From: an uncultured Clostridium sp.
GTDB lineage: Bacteria; Bacillota; Clostridia; Oscillospirales; Ruminococcaceae
Length of the DNA: 64,000 bases
Direction of reading: 5' to 3'
NCBI GenBank assembly: GCA_902490335.1
Contig: CABUDL010000007.1
Span: 5,317 to 69,316, forward strand
The position numbers and the translations under genes were made by a program. Under the pieces are notes generated by a model. That model did no database searches. It saw nothing but the letters and a program-made list of their open reading frames with translations, and was not told the origin of the DNA. Positions 1-9,962 of this stretch are shown piece after piece. How positions within the stretch are numbered: the stretch's first letter is position 1; each line of letters opens with the position of its first letter.

Positions 1-32
1 CCCCGCAAAAGAGGTGCGGAGAAATTCTCTGC

Positions 33-79
33 AAAACAAAAAACCAATCCGCAGAAAATGCGGATTGGTTTTTTGTTTT
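33..79. terminator. Bidirectional intrinsic terminator
   Basis: Perfect inverted repeat aaaacaaaaaaccaatccgca-gaaaa-tgcggattggttttttgtttt. Confidence 0.75.
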
Positions 80-130
80 AGGAAGGGTGGTCCATTTCGA
101 TTGGTTGAAGCGCGAGCCGCTCATTTCGAT

Positions 131-168
131 AAAAAAAGAGCCTGGAACGCGAATTGCGTCCAGACTCA
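131..168 (-). terminator. Terminator of tRNA-Ala
   Basis: Minus-strand hairpin gagtctggacgc/gcgttccaggctc followed by a T-run just after the tRNA CCA. Confidence 0.7.
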
Positions 169-171
169 GTC

Positions 172-247
172 TGGTGGAGACGATCGGGATCGAACCGACG
201 ACCTTTTGAATGCCATTCAAACGCGCTCCCAACTGCGCTACGCCCCC
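172..247 (-). tRNA. tRNA-Ala(GGC)
   Basis: 76-nt cloverleaf GGGGGCGTAGCGCAGTTGGGAG...GGTTCGATCC...CTCCACCA; anticodon loop ATGGCAT. Confidence 0.97.
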
Positions 248-267
248 ATATCAAATTTTACCTATTT

Positions 268-296
268 ATTATAACGGCTGAAAAAAACTTTGTCAA
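268..296 (-). promoter_or_regulatory. Sigma-A promoter of tRNA-Ala
   Basis: TTGACA-N17-TATAAT perfect consensus on minus strand. Confidence 0.9.
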
Positions 297-386
297 GGTG
301 TTTTACAGAAAAAATTGCCCGACAGTGGCGGTGTGCCGCTAAAATGTGGTATAATCGTTGCAGAAGATTTTGGGAGGGGTTTTATT

Positions 387-1490
387 TTGCTCAGCTGGAT
401 TACAGAAAAACAGGACGTCTGGCAGCGCTTGCAAAGCTGCAACAAACCGGTGGTGGTGTATGGCATGGGGGACGGCGCGGTGAAAATTTTGCAGGTGATG
501 CAGCGCTACGGGATTCGACCGGCGGCGATGTTTGCCAGCGACGATTTTGCACGCGGCAATTCCTTCATGGGATACACCGTTGGCAAGCTGCGCGACGTGC
601 AGGCGGTGTATGACGACTTTATCATCGTGCTGGCGTTTGCCGTCCGCGACCTGCCCACCATCGAGCGCATCCGCGCCCTTTCGCAGCAGTACGAGCTGGT
701 GGCTCCCGATGTGCCGGTGGCAGGGGTGGAGCTGTTCAACATGGAATTTGTCCGCAGCCACGAGCAGGACTTTTTGCAGGTTGAGCAGCTGCTTGCCGAC
801 GAGCAGTCCCGCAAGGTGCTGCACGATATGGTCAACTTTAAGCTAAGCGGCAAGCTGGAGTACCTGTTCGACTGCGAAACCGACCCGCAGGAGGCTTACG
901 AAAATATTCTGCGCCCGACCCCGCGCGAGAGCTTTGCCGACCTTGGCGCCTACCGCGGGGATACCATCGCCGAGCTGATGCACTACGCCGGCGGCTGCGA
1001 GCGGGTGTTCGCCTTCGAGCCGGATGCCAAAACATACCCCAAGCTGCTGGCGGCGGTGGAACAGATGGGACTTGCCGACCGTGCCACCTGTGTGCAGCGC
1101 GCGGCATACTCCCACTGGGAGATGCTGGAGTTTGACAGCCGCGCGGGCAGGCAGTCGGCGCTGCGGGAGCCTTCGCTGGTGACCGGCGTGCAGGGTGCGG
1201 CAAAGGCAAAAATCCGCCAGGTGCAAGGGCAGGCGCTCGACGAGCTGGCGGGGGAGCATCCGGTGACCCTCATCAACATGGACGTCGAGGGAGCCGAGCG
1301 GCTTGCCTTGCAGGGCTGCCGGCAGGTCATCACCCGCGACCGCCCGAAGATGCTGATTGCCGCCTACCACCGCAGCGAGGACCTGTTTGCGCTGCCGCAG
1401 CAGATTGCAGCCATCCGTCCCGACTACCGCTTTTACCTGCGGCATTACCGATATATTCCCGCGTGGGACGTAAACCTTTACTGCGTGTAG
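387..1490 (+). CDS. FkbM-family SAM-dependent methyltransferase
   Basis: DLGAYRGD, FAFEPD, MDVEGAE and AAYH motifs; TTG start after GGGAGG; extended -10 TGGTATAAT at 347-355. Confidence 0.85.
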   Translation: MLSWITEKQDVWQRLQSCNKPVVVYGMGDGAVKILQVMQRYGIRPAAMFASDDFARGNSFMGYTVGKLRDVQAVYDDFIIVLAFAVRDLPTIERIRALSQQYELVAPDVPVAGVELFNMEFVRSHEQDFLQVEQLLADEQSRKVLHDMVNFKLSGKLEYLFDCETDPQEAYENILRPTPRESFADLGAYRGDTIAELMHYAGGCERVFAFEPDAKTYPKLLAAVEQMGLADRATCVQRAAYSHWEMLEFDSRAGRQSALREPSLVTGVQGAAKAKIRQVQGQALDELAGEHPVTLINMDVEGAERLALQGCRQVITRDRPKMLIAAYHRSEDLFALPQQIAAIRPDYRFYLRHYRYIPAWDVNLYCV

Positions 1491-1681
1491 ATTTCTTTGG
1501 CGCAGTGCATAGTTTCGCAAAACACCGCCGGCAGAAAAATCAGACAAAAGGCAAAACATCCCCCGCCTTTATTGACAGAGCCTTGCCAAGTATAGTAAAA
1601 TAATAAGATAGAAATGCAGACGCCCAGCGCATCCGAGCGCCTGTCAAACAACAGATGAACAGCAAGAGGAGTGTGAAGGTA

Positions 1682-2602
1682 ATGCAGCAAAATCCGACCC
1701 AGGATATGCAGCCGCAGCTCAGCGCGGTTTGCAGCATGACCGGATATGGACGAGCCCGTCAGATGATTGGAAACAAGGAGATCACCGTCGAGCTGCGTTC
1801 GGTAAACCATCGTTTTCTGGAGTATTCCTCCCGTGTGCCGCGGGCATACGCCTATCTGGAAGATAAGCTGAAAAACCTTGTCAAAGGGTCGGTTTCCCGC
1901 GGCAAGGTGGACGTCACCTTGAGCGTGCAGACCATCAGCGGCACCGATGCCCAGGTGGTCATCAACCACGACCTTGCCCGCTCCTATCTGGAGGCGCTGC
2001 GCGACTTAGCAGAGGATCTGCAAATCAAAAATGATGTGAGCGTTTCGCAGATGGCACGCTTTTCCGACATCTTCAGCGTGGTGAAGGTGGAGGAGAACGA
2101 AGAGGAAATGTGGCAGGCAGTCCAGCAGGTTGCACAGCAGGCAGTCCAGAATTTTGTCGATATGCGCAGAGCAGAGGGCGAAAAGATGAAGCAGGACCTG
2201 CTCAATCGCCTGCAAACCATCGAGCAGCTGGTAGCGCGGGTGGAGGAGCTTTCGCCAAAGACGGTAGAAAACTACACCAAACGCCTGTATGCCAAATTGC
2301 AGGAGGTTTTGCAGAGCAATACAGTGGACGACCAGCGCGTCCTGACCGAGGCAGCGGTGTTTGCCGAAAAGATTGCCGTTGCAGAAGAAACCGTCCGTCT
2401 GGGCAGCCACATCCATCAGTTCCGTCAAATCCTCTCCTCCAGCGAGCCGGTAGGACGCAAGCTGGATTTTCTGGTGCAGGAATTTAACCGCGAGGCAAAC
2501 ACCATCGGCTCCAAGGCACAGGATTTGGAGATTGCAAGGATTGTAGTCGATTTAAAATCCGAGATTGAAAAGATTCGTGAGCAGATACAGAATATCGAGT
2601 AA
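1682..2602 (+). CDS. yicC: YicC/YloC family endoribonuclease
   Basis: SMTGYG, RSVNHRFLE, GRKLDFLVQEFNREANTIGSK, IREQIQNIE; start uncertain. Confidence 0.93.
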   Translation: MQQNPTQDMQPQLSAVCSMTGYGRARQMIGNKEITVELRSVNHRFLEYSSRVPRAYAYLEDKLKNLVKGSVSRGKVDVTLSVQTISGTDAQVVINHDLARSYLEALRDLAEDLQIKNDVSVSQMARFSDIFSVVKVEENEEEMWQAVQQVAQQAVQNFVDMRRAEGEKMKQDLLNRLQTIEQLVARVEELSPKTVENYTKRLYAKLQEVLQSNTVDDQRVLTEAAVFAEKIAVAEETVRLGSHIHQFRQILSSSEPVGRKLDFLVQEFNREANTIGSKAQDLEIARIVVDLKSEIEKIREQIQNIE

Positions 2603-2638
2603 CAGGTTCCGGCTGTTTTGGAAAGGAAGAAAATAGGG

Positions 2639-2905
2639 ATGAAGTTAATCAACATCGGTTTTGGAAACATGGTTTCTGCAAACCGTCTTGTGGCAATCGT
2701 CAGCCCGGAGTCTGCGCCTATCAAACGCATCATCTCCGATGCCAGGGAGCGCGGTGGTCTAATCGACGCAACCTATGGACGCAGGACCCGCGCAGTCATT
2801 ATCACCGACAGCGACCATGTGATCCTGTCTGCGGTGCAGCCGGAAACGGTAGCAAACCGGCTCAACGATGACGACGATGAGGAGGAACTGGAAGAGGATG
2901 AATAG
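2639..2905 (+). CDS. remA: DUF370 / RemA (YlzA) family protein
   Basis: [16 protein letters not shown]...[23 protein letters not shown]; position between yicC and gmk. Confidence 0.92.
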   Translation: MKLINIGFGNMVSANRLVAIVSPESAPIKRIISDARERGGLIDATYGRRTRAVIITDSDHVILSAVQPETVANRLNDDDDEEELEEDE

Positions 2906-3506
2906 AGGACAGTTGATCGTGGTATCCGGTCCAAGCGGGGTCGGAAAAGGAACGGTACTGCAGCAGTATCTGGCAGGCAGACAGAATGTCGCTTATTCGG
3001 TATCTGCGACCACCCGCGCTCCGCGTCCCGGCGAAGAGGATGGGGTACATTATTTCTTTTTGAGCAAGGAGCAGTTTGAGCAAACGGCACAGTCGGGCGG
3101 TATGCTGGAATATGCCTGCTACAACGGCAACTATTACGGGACTCCAAAGGCAGCGGTGGAGCGCGAACGTCAGCAGGGAAACGACGTGATTTTGGAAATC
3201 GAGGTGCAGGGCGCCCTTCAGGTCAAAAAAAGCTGCCCGGACGCGCTGCTCATCTTTGTGGCACCGCCGAGCTTTGAACAGCTTGCCCAGCGGCTGCGCG
3301 GAAGGCAGACCGAGGACGAGCAGACGGTCAACAACCGTCTTGCCATTGCGCGAGGAGAGCTGGCGCAGGCACAGCAGTACGACTATATCGTCGTCAATGA
3401 TACCGTTGAACAGGCGGTGGAGGACCTTGACTGCATCGTCAGGGCAAACCGCTTTCAAACCAATAATATGAAAGAATTTCTTGATGAGGTGAATCATAAT
3501 GCTTAG
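2898..3506 (+). CDS. gmk: Guanylate kinase
   Basis: [33 protein letters not shown]. Confidence 0.97.
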   Translation: MNRGQLIVVSGPSGVGKGTVLQQYLAGRQNVAYSVSATTRAPRPGEEDGVHYFFLSKEQFEQTAQSGGMLEYACYNGNYYGTPKAAVERERQQGNDVILEIEVQGALQVKKSCPDALLIFVAPPSFEQLAQRLRGRQTEDEQTVNNRLAIARGELAQAQQYDYIVVNDTVEQAVEDLDCIVRANRFQTNNMKEFLDEVNHNA

Positions 3507-3732
3507 ACCAGCAATGTCACAGATTATTCGCGAGGGAGAAAGCTATTATGCGTTTGTCGTTGCAGTTGCAAGACACGCAAGGGAAATCGCTGACTATTGG
3601 GCAGACAACGGTCTGCCGATGGAGAAAAAACCGGTTACCGCTTCGCTGGAGGATTTTGCTTCCGGTAAGGTGCGCGTTCGGGATATGGTAAAAATCAAAG
3701 GTGTGGACGAGGAAGCCCAGACCAGAGCGTAA
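3499..3732 (+). CDS. rpoZ: RNA polymerase omega subunit
   Basis: MLRP...SYYAFVVAVARHAREI...KPV; directly after gmk. Confidence 0.8.
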   Translation: MLRPAMSQIIREGESYYAFVVAVARHAREIADYWADNGLPMEKKPVTASLEDFASGKVRVRDMVKIKGVDEEAQTRA

Positions 3733-3853
3733 AATAAATAATTTGGCTACGGGCGGCACAGCAGAAACGCTGCGGAACAATCAGACGCAGACAGCGCATG
3801 CCGTCCGTCGTTTTTTGTGAGAAAATCTTTGCACAGACAGGAGGGGAAGCACA

Positions 3854-6277
3854 GTGGTGGCAGATGTGGTGGTGGAAAACGCCTCCTATTCCTTTGACAT
3901 CCCCTTTTCCTATCGAGTGCCCGGCAGGATGGAAGGACAGATTCGACCCGGGTGCAGGGTGCTGGTCCCGTTTGGACGCTCCAACCGCTCCAAGCAGGGT
4001 CTGGTGCTGCGCGTGCAGCCGCAGGACCCGCAGTCCCAGCAGCTCAAGCCCATCAAGATGCTGCTGGACCAAAAGCCGCTGCTGGGGGAAGAACAGCTGT
4101 GGCTGCTGGAGCTGCTGCATCAGCGCACCTTTTGCACCTACTATGAAGGGCTGCGGGCGCTGGTGCCCAGCGGGCTGACCTTTCGCCTGAAGCTGATGTG
4201 TTCGCTGGGAGAAACAAGACCGCAGCAGCCAACCGACAAACAAAGGCAGCTGCTGGACTACCTGTCTGCAAAGAAAAAGCCGGTGGAGCTGGAGCATCTG
4301 CTCGAGCAGCTGGAACTGGAGCGGGGAGAAGCGGACTTTGAACAGCTGTTGGAGGAGGGTGCAATCCTGCTGACCGAGCAGGCGACCGAAAAAATTGCCG
4401 ACAGCAAAGAGGTCATGGTGCGCAAAAGCGAGGACTGTGAGCAGAAGCTGGAAGGGGTCCGCCTGACGCCGGCAAGAAAAAAGGTGCTGGCACTCTTGGA
4501 GCAGACACCCTGCGCCTCCCTTAAAGAGCTGTGCTACTATGCAGGAACCACCCGACAGACGTTGGATAAGATGGAAAAAGCCGGACTGCTGTGCTACTAC
4601 GGCAGGCAGGTGTTTCGCAGCCCGTATGCCGACAGAGAAGAGGAGAAGCCGACACCGGTCACCCTCAATCCCTCGCAGCAGCAGGCGTTGGACGGTCTGT
4701 GGGAACAGTGGCAGCGGGGAGAAGGCGCCGCCTTGCTGTACGGTGTGACCGGCAGCGGAAAAAGCCAGGTCTACCTAAAATTGGCAGAACAGGTGCGCGC
4801 ACAGGGCAAAGGGGTCATCATTCTGGTGCCGGAAATTTCCCTCACGCCACAGACGGTCCGGCTGTTCCGCAGCCGATTTGGTCAACGGGTGGCAGTGCTG
4901 CACAGCGGACTGACCATGGCAGAGCGCGCCGACGAGTACCGGCGCATCCAGCAGGGCTTGGCAGATGTGGTGGTGGGTACCCGCTCGGCGGTGTTTGCGC
5001 CGCTGGAAAACATCGGGCTGATTGTCATTGACGAGGAGCAGGAGGGAGCCTATGCTTCCCAGCAGTCTCCGCGGTATCACGCGCGGGACATCGCCCGTGC
5101 GCGCTGTCACCGCCATCAGGCGCTGCTGCTGCTGGCATCGGCGACCCCATCGGTGGAAACCTTCTATCAGGCACAGCGCGGGCGCATCCGGCTGTATACC
5201 CTGACCCATCGGTATCTGGGGAACCAGCTGCCAAAGGTGCAGATTGTCGATTCCACCCAAAGCTACGGCTTTGACATCAGTCAGGAGCTGACCGCCGAAC
5301 TGATGGACAATCTCAAGGCGGGACAGCAGAGCATCCTGCTGCTCAACCGGCGTGGCTACCATACAGCGGTGCGCTGCAACAGCTGTCAGGAGGTGGTCAA
5401 GTGCCCCAACTGCTCGGTGGCTTTGACCTACCACAGTGCCAACCACCGGCTGATGTGCCACTACTGCGGCTATTCCCGCGATTTGGACCAGGATTGTCCC
5501 AACTGCGGCAGCAAGCTCATCAGCTACACCGGCAGCGGGACCCAGCGCATCGAGGATGAACTGCACCGCCTGTTTCCGCAGGCAAAGATTTTGCGGATGG
5601 ATTTGGACACCACCATGTCCCGTATGTCGCACGAAACCAAGTTTGGAGAGTTTGCACAGGGCAAGTATCAAATCATGGTGGGGACTCAGATGGTCGCCAA
5701 AGGACTCAACTTCCCGGATGTGACGCTGGTGGGTGTGCTGGGAGCGGACCAGTCAATTTTTTCGCAGGATTTTCGTGGGTGTGAACGGGCGTTTTCGCTG
5801 CTGACCCAGGTGGTCGGTCGGTGCGGACGCGGCAAGCTGCCGGGCAGGGCGCTGATTCAGACCGGCGTGCCGCAGCATCCGGTCATTTTGCAGGCGGCAA
5901 GGCAGGATTACGACAGCTTTTATGCCGACGAAATCAAAAGCAGGAAGCTGGGACTCTACCCGCCGTTTTGCACCCTTTGCCAGGTGGGATTTTCCGGGGA
6001 ACAGGAAGAAAAGGTGTGCGCGGCGGCGATGTGGTTTGCCAAGCACTTTGGGCAGAAGGCAAAAAAGGATTACCCGGATCTGCCGCTGCGGCTGATGAAT
6101 CCCTGCGAGATGGCTTTGGCAAGAATCGCAGGAAAGTATCGCTACGGAGTGATGATCAAGTGTCGGATGAGCGAGCGTTTTTCCCGCTTGATGTGGGAGA
6201 TGCTGCGGGCGTTCGACAGTGAAAAAAATAACCGCTCGGTCCACATCTGGGTGGATATGAACGGAAACGACCTTTAA
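3854..6277 (+). CDS. priA: Primosomal protein N'
   Basis: GVTGSGKS, VPEISLTPQ, DEEQE, SATPS, Cys-rich Zn cluster, GTQMVAKG. Confidence 0.97.
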   Translation: MVADVVVENASYSFDIPFSYRVPGRMEGQIRPGCRVLVPFGRSNRSKQGLVLRVQPQDPQSQQLKPIKMLLDQKPLLGEEQLWLLELLHQRTFCTYYEGLRALVPSGLTFRLKLMCSLGETRPQQPTDKQRQLLDYLSAKKKPVELEHLLEQLELERGEADFEQLLEEGAILLTEQATEKIADSKEVMVRKSEDCEQKLEGVRLTPARKKVLALLEQTPCASLKELCYYAGTTRQTLDKMEKAGLLCYYGRQVFRSPYADREEEKPTPVTLNPSQQQALDGLWEQWQRGEGAALLYGVTGSGKSQVYLKLAEQVRAQGKGVIILVPEISLTPQTVRLFRSRFGQRVAVLHSGLTMAERADEYRRIQQGLADVVVGTRSAVFAPLENIGLIVIDEEQEGAYASQQSPRYHARDIARARCHRHQALLLLASATPSVETFYQAQRGRIRLYTLTHRYLGNQLPKVQIVDSTQSYGFDISQELTAELMDNLKAGQQSILLLNRRGYHTAVRCNSCQEVVKCPNCSVALTYHSANHRLMCHYCGYSRDLDQDCPNCGSKLISYTGSGTQRIEDELHRLFPQAKILRMDLDTTMSRMSHETKFGEFAQGKYQIMVGTQMVAKGLNFPDVTLVGVLGADQSIFSQDFRGCERAFSLLTQVVGRCGRGKLPGRALIQTGVPQHPVILQAARQDYDSFYADEIKSRKLGLYPPFCTLCQVGFSGEQEEKVCAAAMWFAKHFGQKAKKDYPDLPLRLMNPCEMALARIAGKYRYGVMIKCRMSERFSRLMWEMLRAFDSEKNNRSVHIWVDMNGNDL

Positions 6278-6315
6278 TATACAAAAGATGATAGAGTGAA
6301 AGGATGTTTAACAAG

Positions 6316-6789
6316 ATGGCAATTCGTAATATTGTAAAAGATACTGATGGATATGATACCCTGCATAAAAAATGCCGTCCGGTCACAGACTTTAATCAGA
6401 AGCTGTGGGATTTGCTGGACGATATGGCACAGACAATGTACAAAGCACAGGGTGTAGGACTGGCAGGTCCGCAGGTCGGAATGCTCAGACGGGTGTTTGT
6501 CATCGACGTAGGAGAGGGGATTCTGGAGTTTGTCAACCCGGAGATTCTGGAAACCTCCGGCACTCAGGAGGGAGCAGAGGGCTGCCTTTCCTTCCCAGGC
6601 GAATACGGTATGGTAGAAAGACCCAACCATGTCAAGGTCCGCGCACAGAACCGCATGGGCGAATGGTTTGAGCTGGAGGGCGAGGAGCTGCTTGCACGCG
6701 CCATCTGCCACGAGAACGACCATCTGGACGGCGTGGTCTTTAAAGACCGGATGTCCCGCCTGCTGACCGAAGAGGAACTGGCGGACTAA
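6316..6789 (+). CDS. def: Peptide deformylase
   Basis: GVGLAGPQVG, EGCLS, HENDHLDG. Confidence 0.97.
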   Translation: MAIRNIVKDTDGYDTLHKKCRPVTDFNQKLWDLLDDMAQTMYKAQGVGLAGPQVGMLRRVFVIDVGEGILEFVNPEILETSGTQEGAEGCLSFPGEYGMVERPNHVKVRAQNRMGEWFELEGEELLARAICHENDHLDGVVFKDRMSRLLTEEELAD

Positions 6790-6810
6790 GGACAAGGGAG
6801 GCAAAACAGC

Positions 6811-7731
6811 ATGAGGATTGTATTTATGGGGACGCCGGAGTTTGCAGCTGCCTCTCTTGAGCAGCTGCTGACCACCCGGCACGAGGTCGTGGGTGTGTTC
6901 ACCCAGCCGGATAAGCCAAAGGGCAGAGGCTACAAGCTGGTGCCGCCGCCGGTCAAGGAGCTGGCACTGGCACACAATATCCCGGTGTTCCAGCCGCAGA
7001 AGATGCGCGACGGGCAGGCGCTGGAAATTTTGCAGCAGCTGCAGCCGGAGCTGATTGCGGTGGTTGCTTATGGAAAACTGCTGCCAAAGGAAATTTTGGA
7101 GCTGCCAAAGTACGGCTGCATCAACGTACACGGCTCGCTGCTGCCAAAATACCGCGGTGCGGGTCCGATTCAGTGGAGCATCATCGACGGAGAAAAAACG
7201 ACCGGTGTCACCACCATGTACATGGGCGAGGGACTGGACACCGGCGACATGATTTTAAAGAAGGAAACCCCCATCGGGGAAAACGAAACCTATGGGGAGC
7301 TGCACGACCGGCTGGCAGTCATCGGTGCGCAGGCACTGGTGGAAACGGTCGAGCTGCTTGAGCAGGGCAAGGCGCCGCGCGAAAAACAGGACGACGCTCT
7401 TTCCTGCTATGCGCCGATGCTGGACAAAAAGATTGCAAAGCTGGACTTTACACAGCCGGCAACCAAGCTGCATGACCTGATTCGAGGATTATCACCATGG
7501 CCGGTTGCCCATACTACCTTTGAGGGCAAGCTGCTCAAGGTTCACCGCGCGGTGGTTGCGCAGGCACAGGGCGACTGCGGACCGGCAGGAAAGGTACTCG
7601 ACAGCAAGAAGCTGATCGTTGCCTGCGGCAGCGGTGCGCTCGAGTTGCAGCAGGTGCAGCTGGAGGGCGGAAAACGCATCAGCGGCGAGGATTTTATGCG
7701 CGGCAGAAAGGCGCAGCAGCTGGGCGAGTAA
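6811..7731 (+). CDS. fmt: Methionyl-tRNA formyltransferase
   Basis: MRIVFMGTPEFA, INVHGSLLPKYRGA, LDTGD. Confidence 0.97.
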   Translation: MRIVFMGTPEFAAASLEQLLTTRHEVVGVFTQPDKPKGRGYKLVPPPVKELALAHNIPVFQPQKMRDGQALEILQQLQPELIAVVAYGKLLPKEILELPKYGCINVHGSLLPKYRGAGPIQWSIIDGEKTTGVTTMYMGEGLDTGDMILKKETPIGENETYGELHDRLAVIGAQALVETVELLEQGKAPREKQDDALSCYAPMLDKKIAKLDFTQPATKLHDLIRGLSPWPVAHTTFEGKLLKVHRAVVAQAQGDCGPAGKVLDSKKLIVACGSGALELQQVQLEGGKRISGEDFMRGRKAQQLGE

Positions 7732-7754
7732 TTTACTAAAGCGGTATATACTCT

Positions 7755-7785
7755 TCATAACTGATTCAAATTTGTCCCATATAAT
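7755..7785 (+). promoter_or_regulatory. Sigma-E-like sporulation promoter
   Basis: TCATAACT-N15-CATATAAT upstream of the zinc peptidase. Confidence 0.55.
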
Positions 7786-7854
7786 GGAAGAATGGATTTC
7801 CCTTTGCTTTTTTAAGGGAGAGAACATGAGAATAATTGAAGAGAGGGAACGACC

Positions 7855-8550
7855 ATGTTTTATTACTATTTTGACCGTTACTATTGGATTCTGATTGTAC
7901 CGGCGATGCTGTTTGCCATGTGGGCACAGACCAAGGTCAACAGCACCTACAACCGGTACAACCGGGTGTACAGCGCAAGGGGAATGAGCGCCGCGCAGGT
8001 CTGCCGGCAGATTTTGGATGAAAACGGATTGTTCCATATCCGTATCGAGCGCATCTCGGGCAAGCTGACCGACCATTATGACCCGAAAGCAGGTGTCATC
8101 CGCCTGTCGGACAGCGTCTATGCCAGCAGCTCGGTGGCAGCCATCGGTGTGGCAGCGCACGAAGCAGGGCACGCAGTCCAGTACGCGGTGGGATATGTCC
8201 CCATCAAGGTGAGAAATGCGGTCATCCCGCTCAGCCAGTTCGGTTCCTCGCTTTCCATGCCGGTGCTGCTGATTGGTCTGCTGTTTAACCAGGGCATCCT
8301 GGTGCAGCTGGGCATCGTGCTGTTTTCCACCGTCGCACTGTTTCAGCTGATTACCCTGCCGGTGGAGTTTGATGCAAGCTCCCGCGCACTCAAGACGCTG
8401 GAGGGCTATCAGCTGCTGGATTCGCAGGAAACCCAGATGGCGGGCAAGGTGCTTAAAGCGGCGGCTTTGACCTATGTGGCAGCGCTGCTGTCCAGCTTGG
8501 CACAGCTGTTCCGCCTGATTATGCTGTACGGCAGAAGAAACGACGACTAA
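7855..8550 (+). CDS. Membrane zinc metallopeptidase (YugP-like)
   Basis: LTDHYDP, AAHEAGHA, TLPVEFDAS, AAALTYVAA. Confidence 0.92.
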   Translation: MFYYYFDRYYWILIVPAMLFAMWAQTKVNSTYNRYNRVYSARGMSAAQVCRQILDENGLFHIRIERISGKLTDHYDPKAGVIRLSDSVYASSSVAAIGVAAHEAGHAVQYAVGYVPIKVRNAVIPLSQFGSSLSMPVLLIGLLFNQGILVQLGIVLFSTVALFQLITLPVEFDASSRALKTLEGYQLLDSQETQMAGKVLKAAALTYVAALLSSLAQLFRLIMLYGRRNDD

Positions 8551-8627
8551 CCAACCATAAGGGTGCAGGATGCACCGGACAGGATATACACAAACACAGA
8601 GATTGCAGACAGAAAGGATATTCCACT

Positions 8628-9962
8628 ATGCCGGAGATGACAGCCAGACAAGCAGCGGTGCAGGCGCTGATGCGGGTAAACCACGAGGGAGGATACTCCA
8701 ACTTGGTACTAAACGAAACGCTGAAAAAAGCACAGCTTTCCCAGACCGATGCGGCATTTGCCAGCAAGCTGTTCTACGGTGCGCTGGAACGGCGGCTGAC
8801 CCTCGACCACATCATCAGCAGCTACTCGAAAAAGCCGGTGGCAAAGCTGACCCCTGTGGTGGCGGATATTCTGCGGATGAGTCTGTACCAGCTGCTGTAT
8901 CTGGACAGCGTGCCCGATTCGGCAGCGGTGAACGAGGCGGTCAAGCTGACCCGCCGGATGAAGGCGGCAAGCGCCTCCGGCTTTGTCAATGCGGTGCTGC
9001 GCAGCTTTATCCGGGATGAAAAGAAGATTCCCACCGTTCGCGGCAATCGCCTCAAAAGGCTGGAGGTCCAATACTCCTGCCCGCAGTGGCTCATCAAAGT
9101 CCTGCTCAACAGCTACGGTGAGCAGCAGGCAGCGGCGCTGCTGGAGCACAGTCTGGAGCGCCCGCCGCTGTATGCGCGGGTCAACACCACCAAAACAAGC
9201 GTACAGCACTGCATTGAGCTTTTGCAGCAGCAGGGTGTACAGGTGCAGCAGGAGGAAGCGCCGAGCGGCTGCCTGCGTTTAAATGCAACCGCCTCCATCG
9301 AGCGGCTGCAAGCGTTTGAGCAAGGTCTGTTTTATGTGCAGGACAAATCTTCCCAGATGTGTGCAGCTTCGCTGGAGGCACAGCCGGGAGAACGCATTTT
9401 GGACTGCTGTGCAGCGCCCGGCTCCAAGACCTTCACCATCGCACAGGAGATGCAGGGCGAGGGTCAGATCATCAGCTGCGACATCTTTGAAGAGAAGGTC
9501 AAAAAGATACAGGCGGGTGCGGCGCGTCTGGGACTTTCCTGCGTCGATGCACGCTTGCAGGATGCTTCGGTCTACGACCCGCAGCTGGGCGAGTTTGACC
9601 GGGTGCTGTGCGACGCGCCCTGCTCCGGCATCGGAATCATCGGGCGCAAGCCGGAAATCAAATACAAAGAGGAAGCGCAGCTGCGCGACCTGCCGCAGCT
9701 GCAGCTGAAGATATTGGAAAATGTCTGTCGTTATGTTAAGGTGGGCGGACGGCTTGTCTATTCCACCTGTACGCTGCTGCCGGATGAGAACACCAAGGTG
9801 GTCGAGCAGTTTTTGCAGCGTCACAGCGAGTTTGAGCCGTTGATTTTGCCGCAGCGGGTATTGCAGGCGGCAAACAGCGGACCGACCTGGGCGCTGACAC
9901 TGCTGCCGCAGATGGCACAGACCGACGGATTTTTTATTGCAGGGATGAAGAGGGTAAGATAA
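8628..9962 (+). CDS. rsmB: 16S rRNA m5C967 methyltransferase
   Basis: NusB-like N-terminus, QDKSSQ, DCCAAPGSKT, DAPCSG, YSTCT. Confidence 0.95.
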   Translation: MPEMTARQAAVQALMRVNHEGGYSNLVLNETLKKAQLSQTDAAFASKLFYGALERRLTLDHIISSYSKKPVAKLTPVVADILRMSLYQLLYLDSVPDSAAVNEAVKLTRRMKAASASGFVNAVLRSFIRDEKKIPTVRGNRLKRLEVQYSCPQWLIKVLLNSYGEQQAAALLEHSLERPPLYARVNTTKTSVQHCIELLQQQGVQVQQEEAPSGCLRLNATASIERLQAFEQGLFYVQDKSSQMCAASLEAQPGERILDCCAAPGSKTFTIAQEMQGEGQIISCDIFEEKVKKIQAGAARLGLSCVDARLQDASVYDPQLGEFDRVLCDAPCSGIGIIGRKPEIKYKEEAQLRDLPQLQLKILENVCRYVKVGGRLVYSTCTLLPDENTKVVEQFLQRHSEFEPLILPQRVLQAANSGPTWALTLLPQMAQTDGFFIAGMKRVR

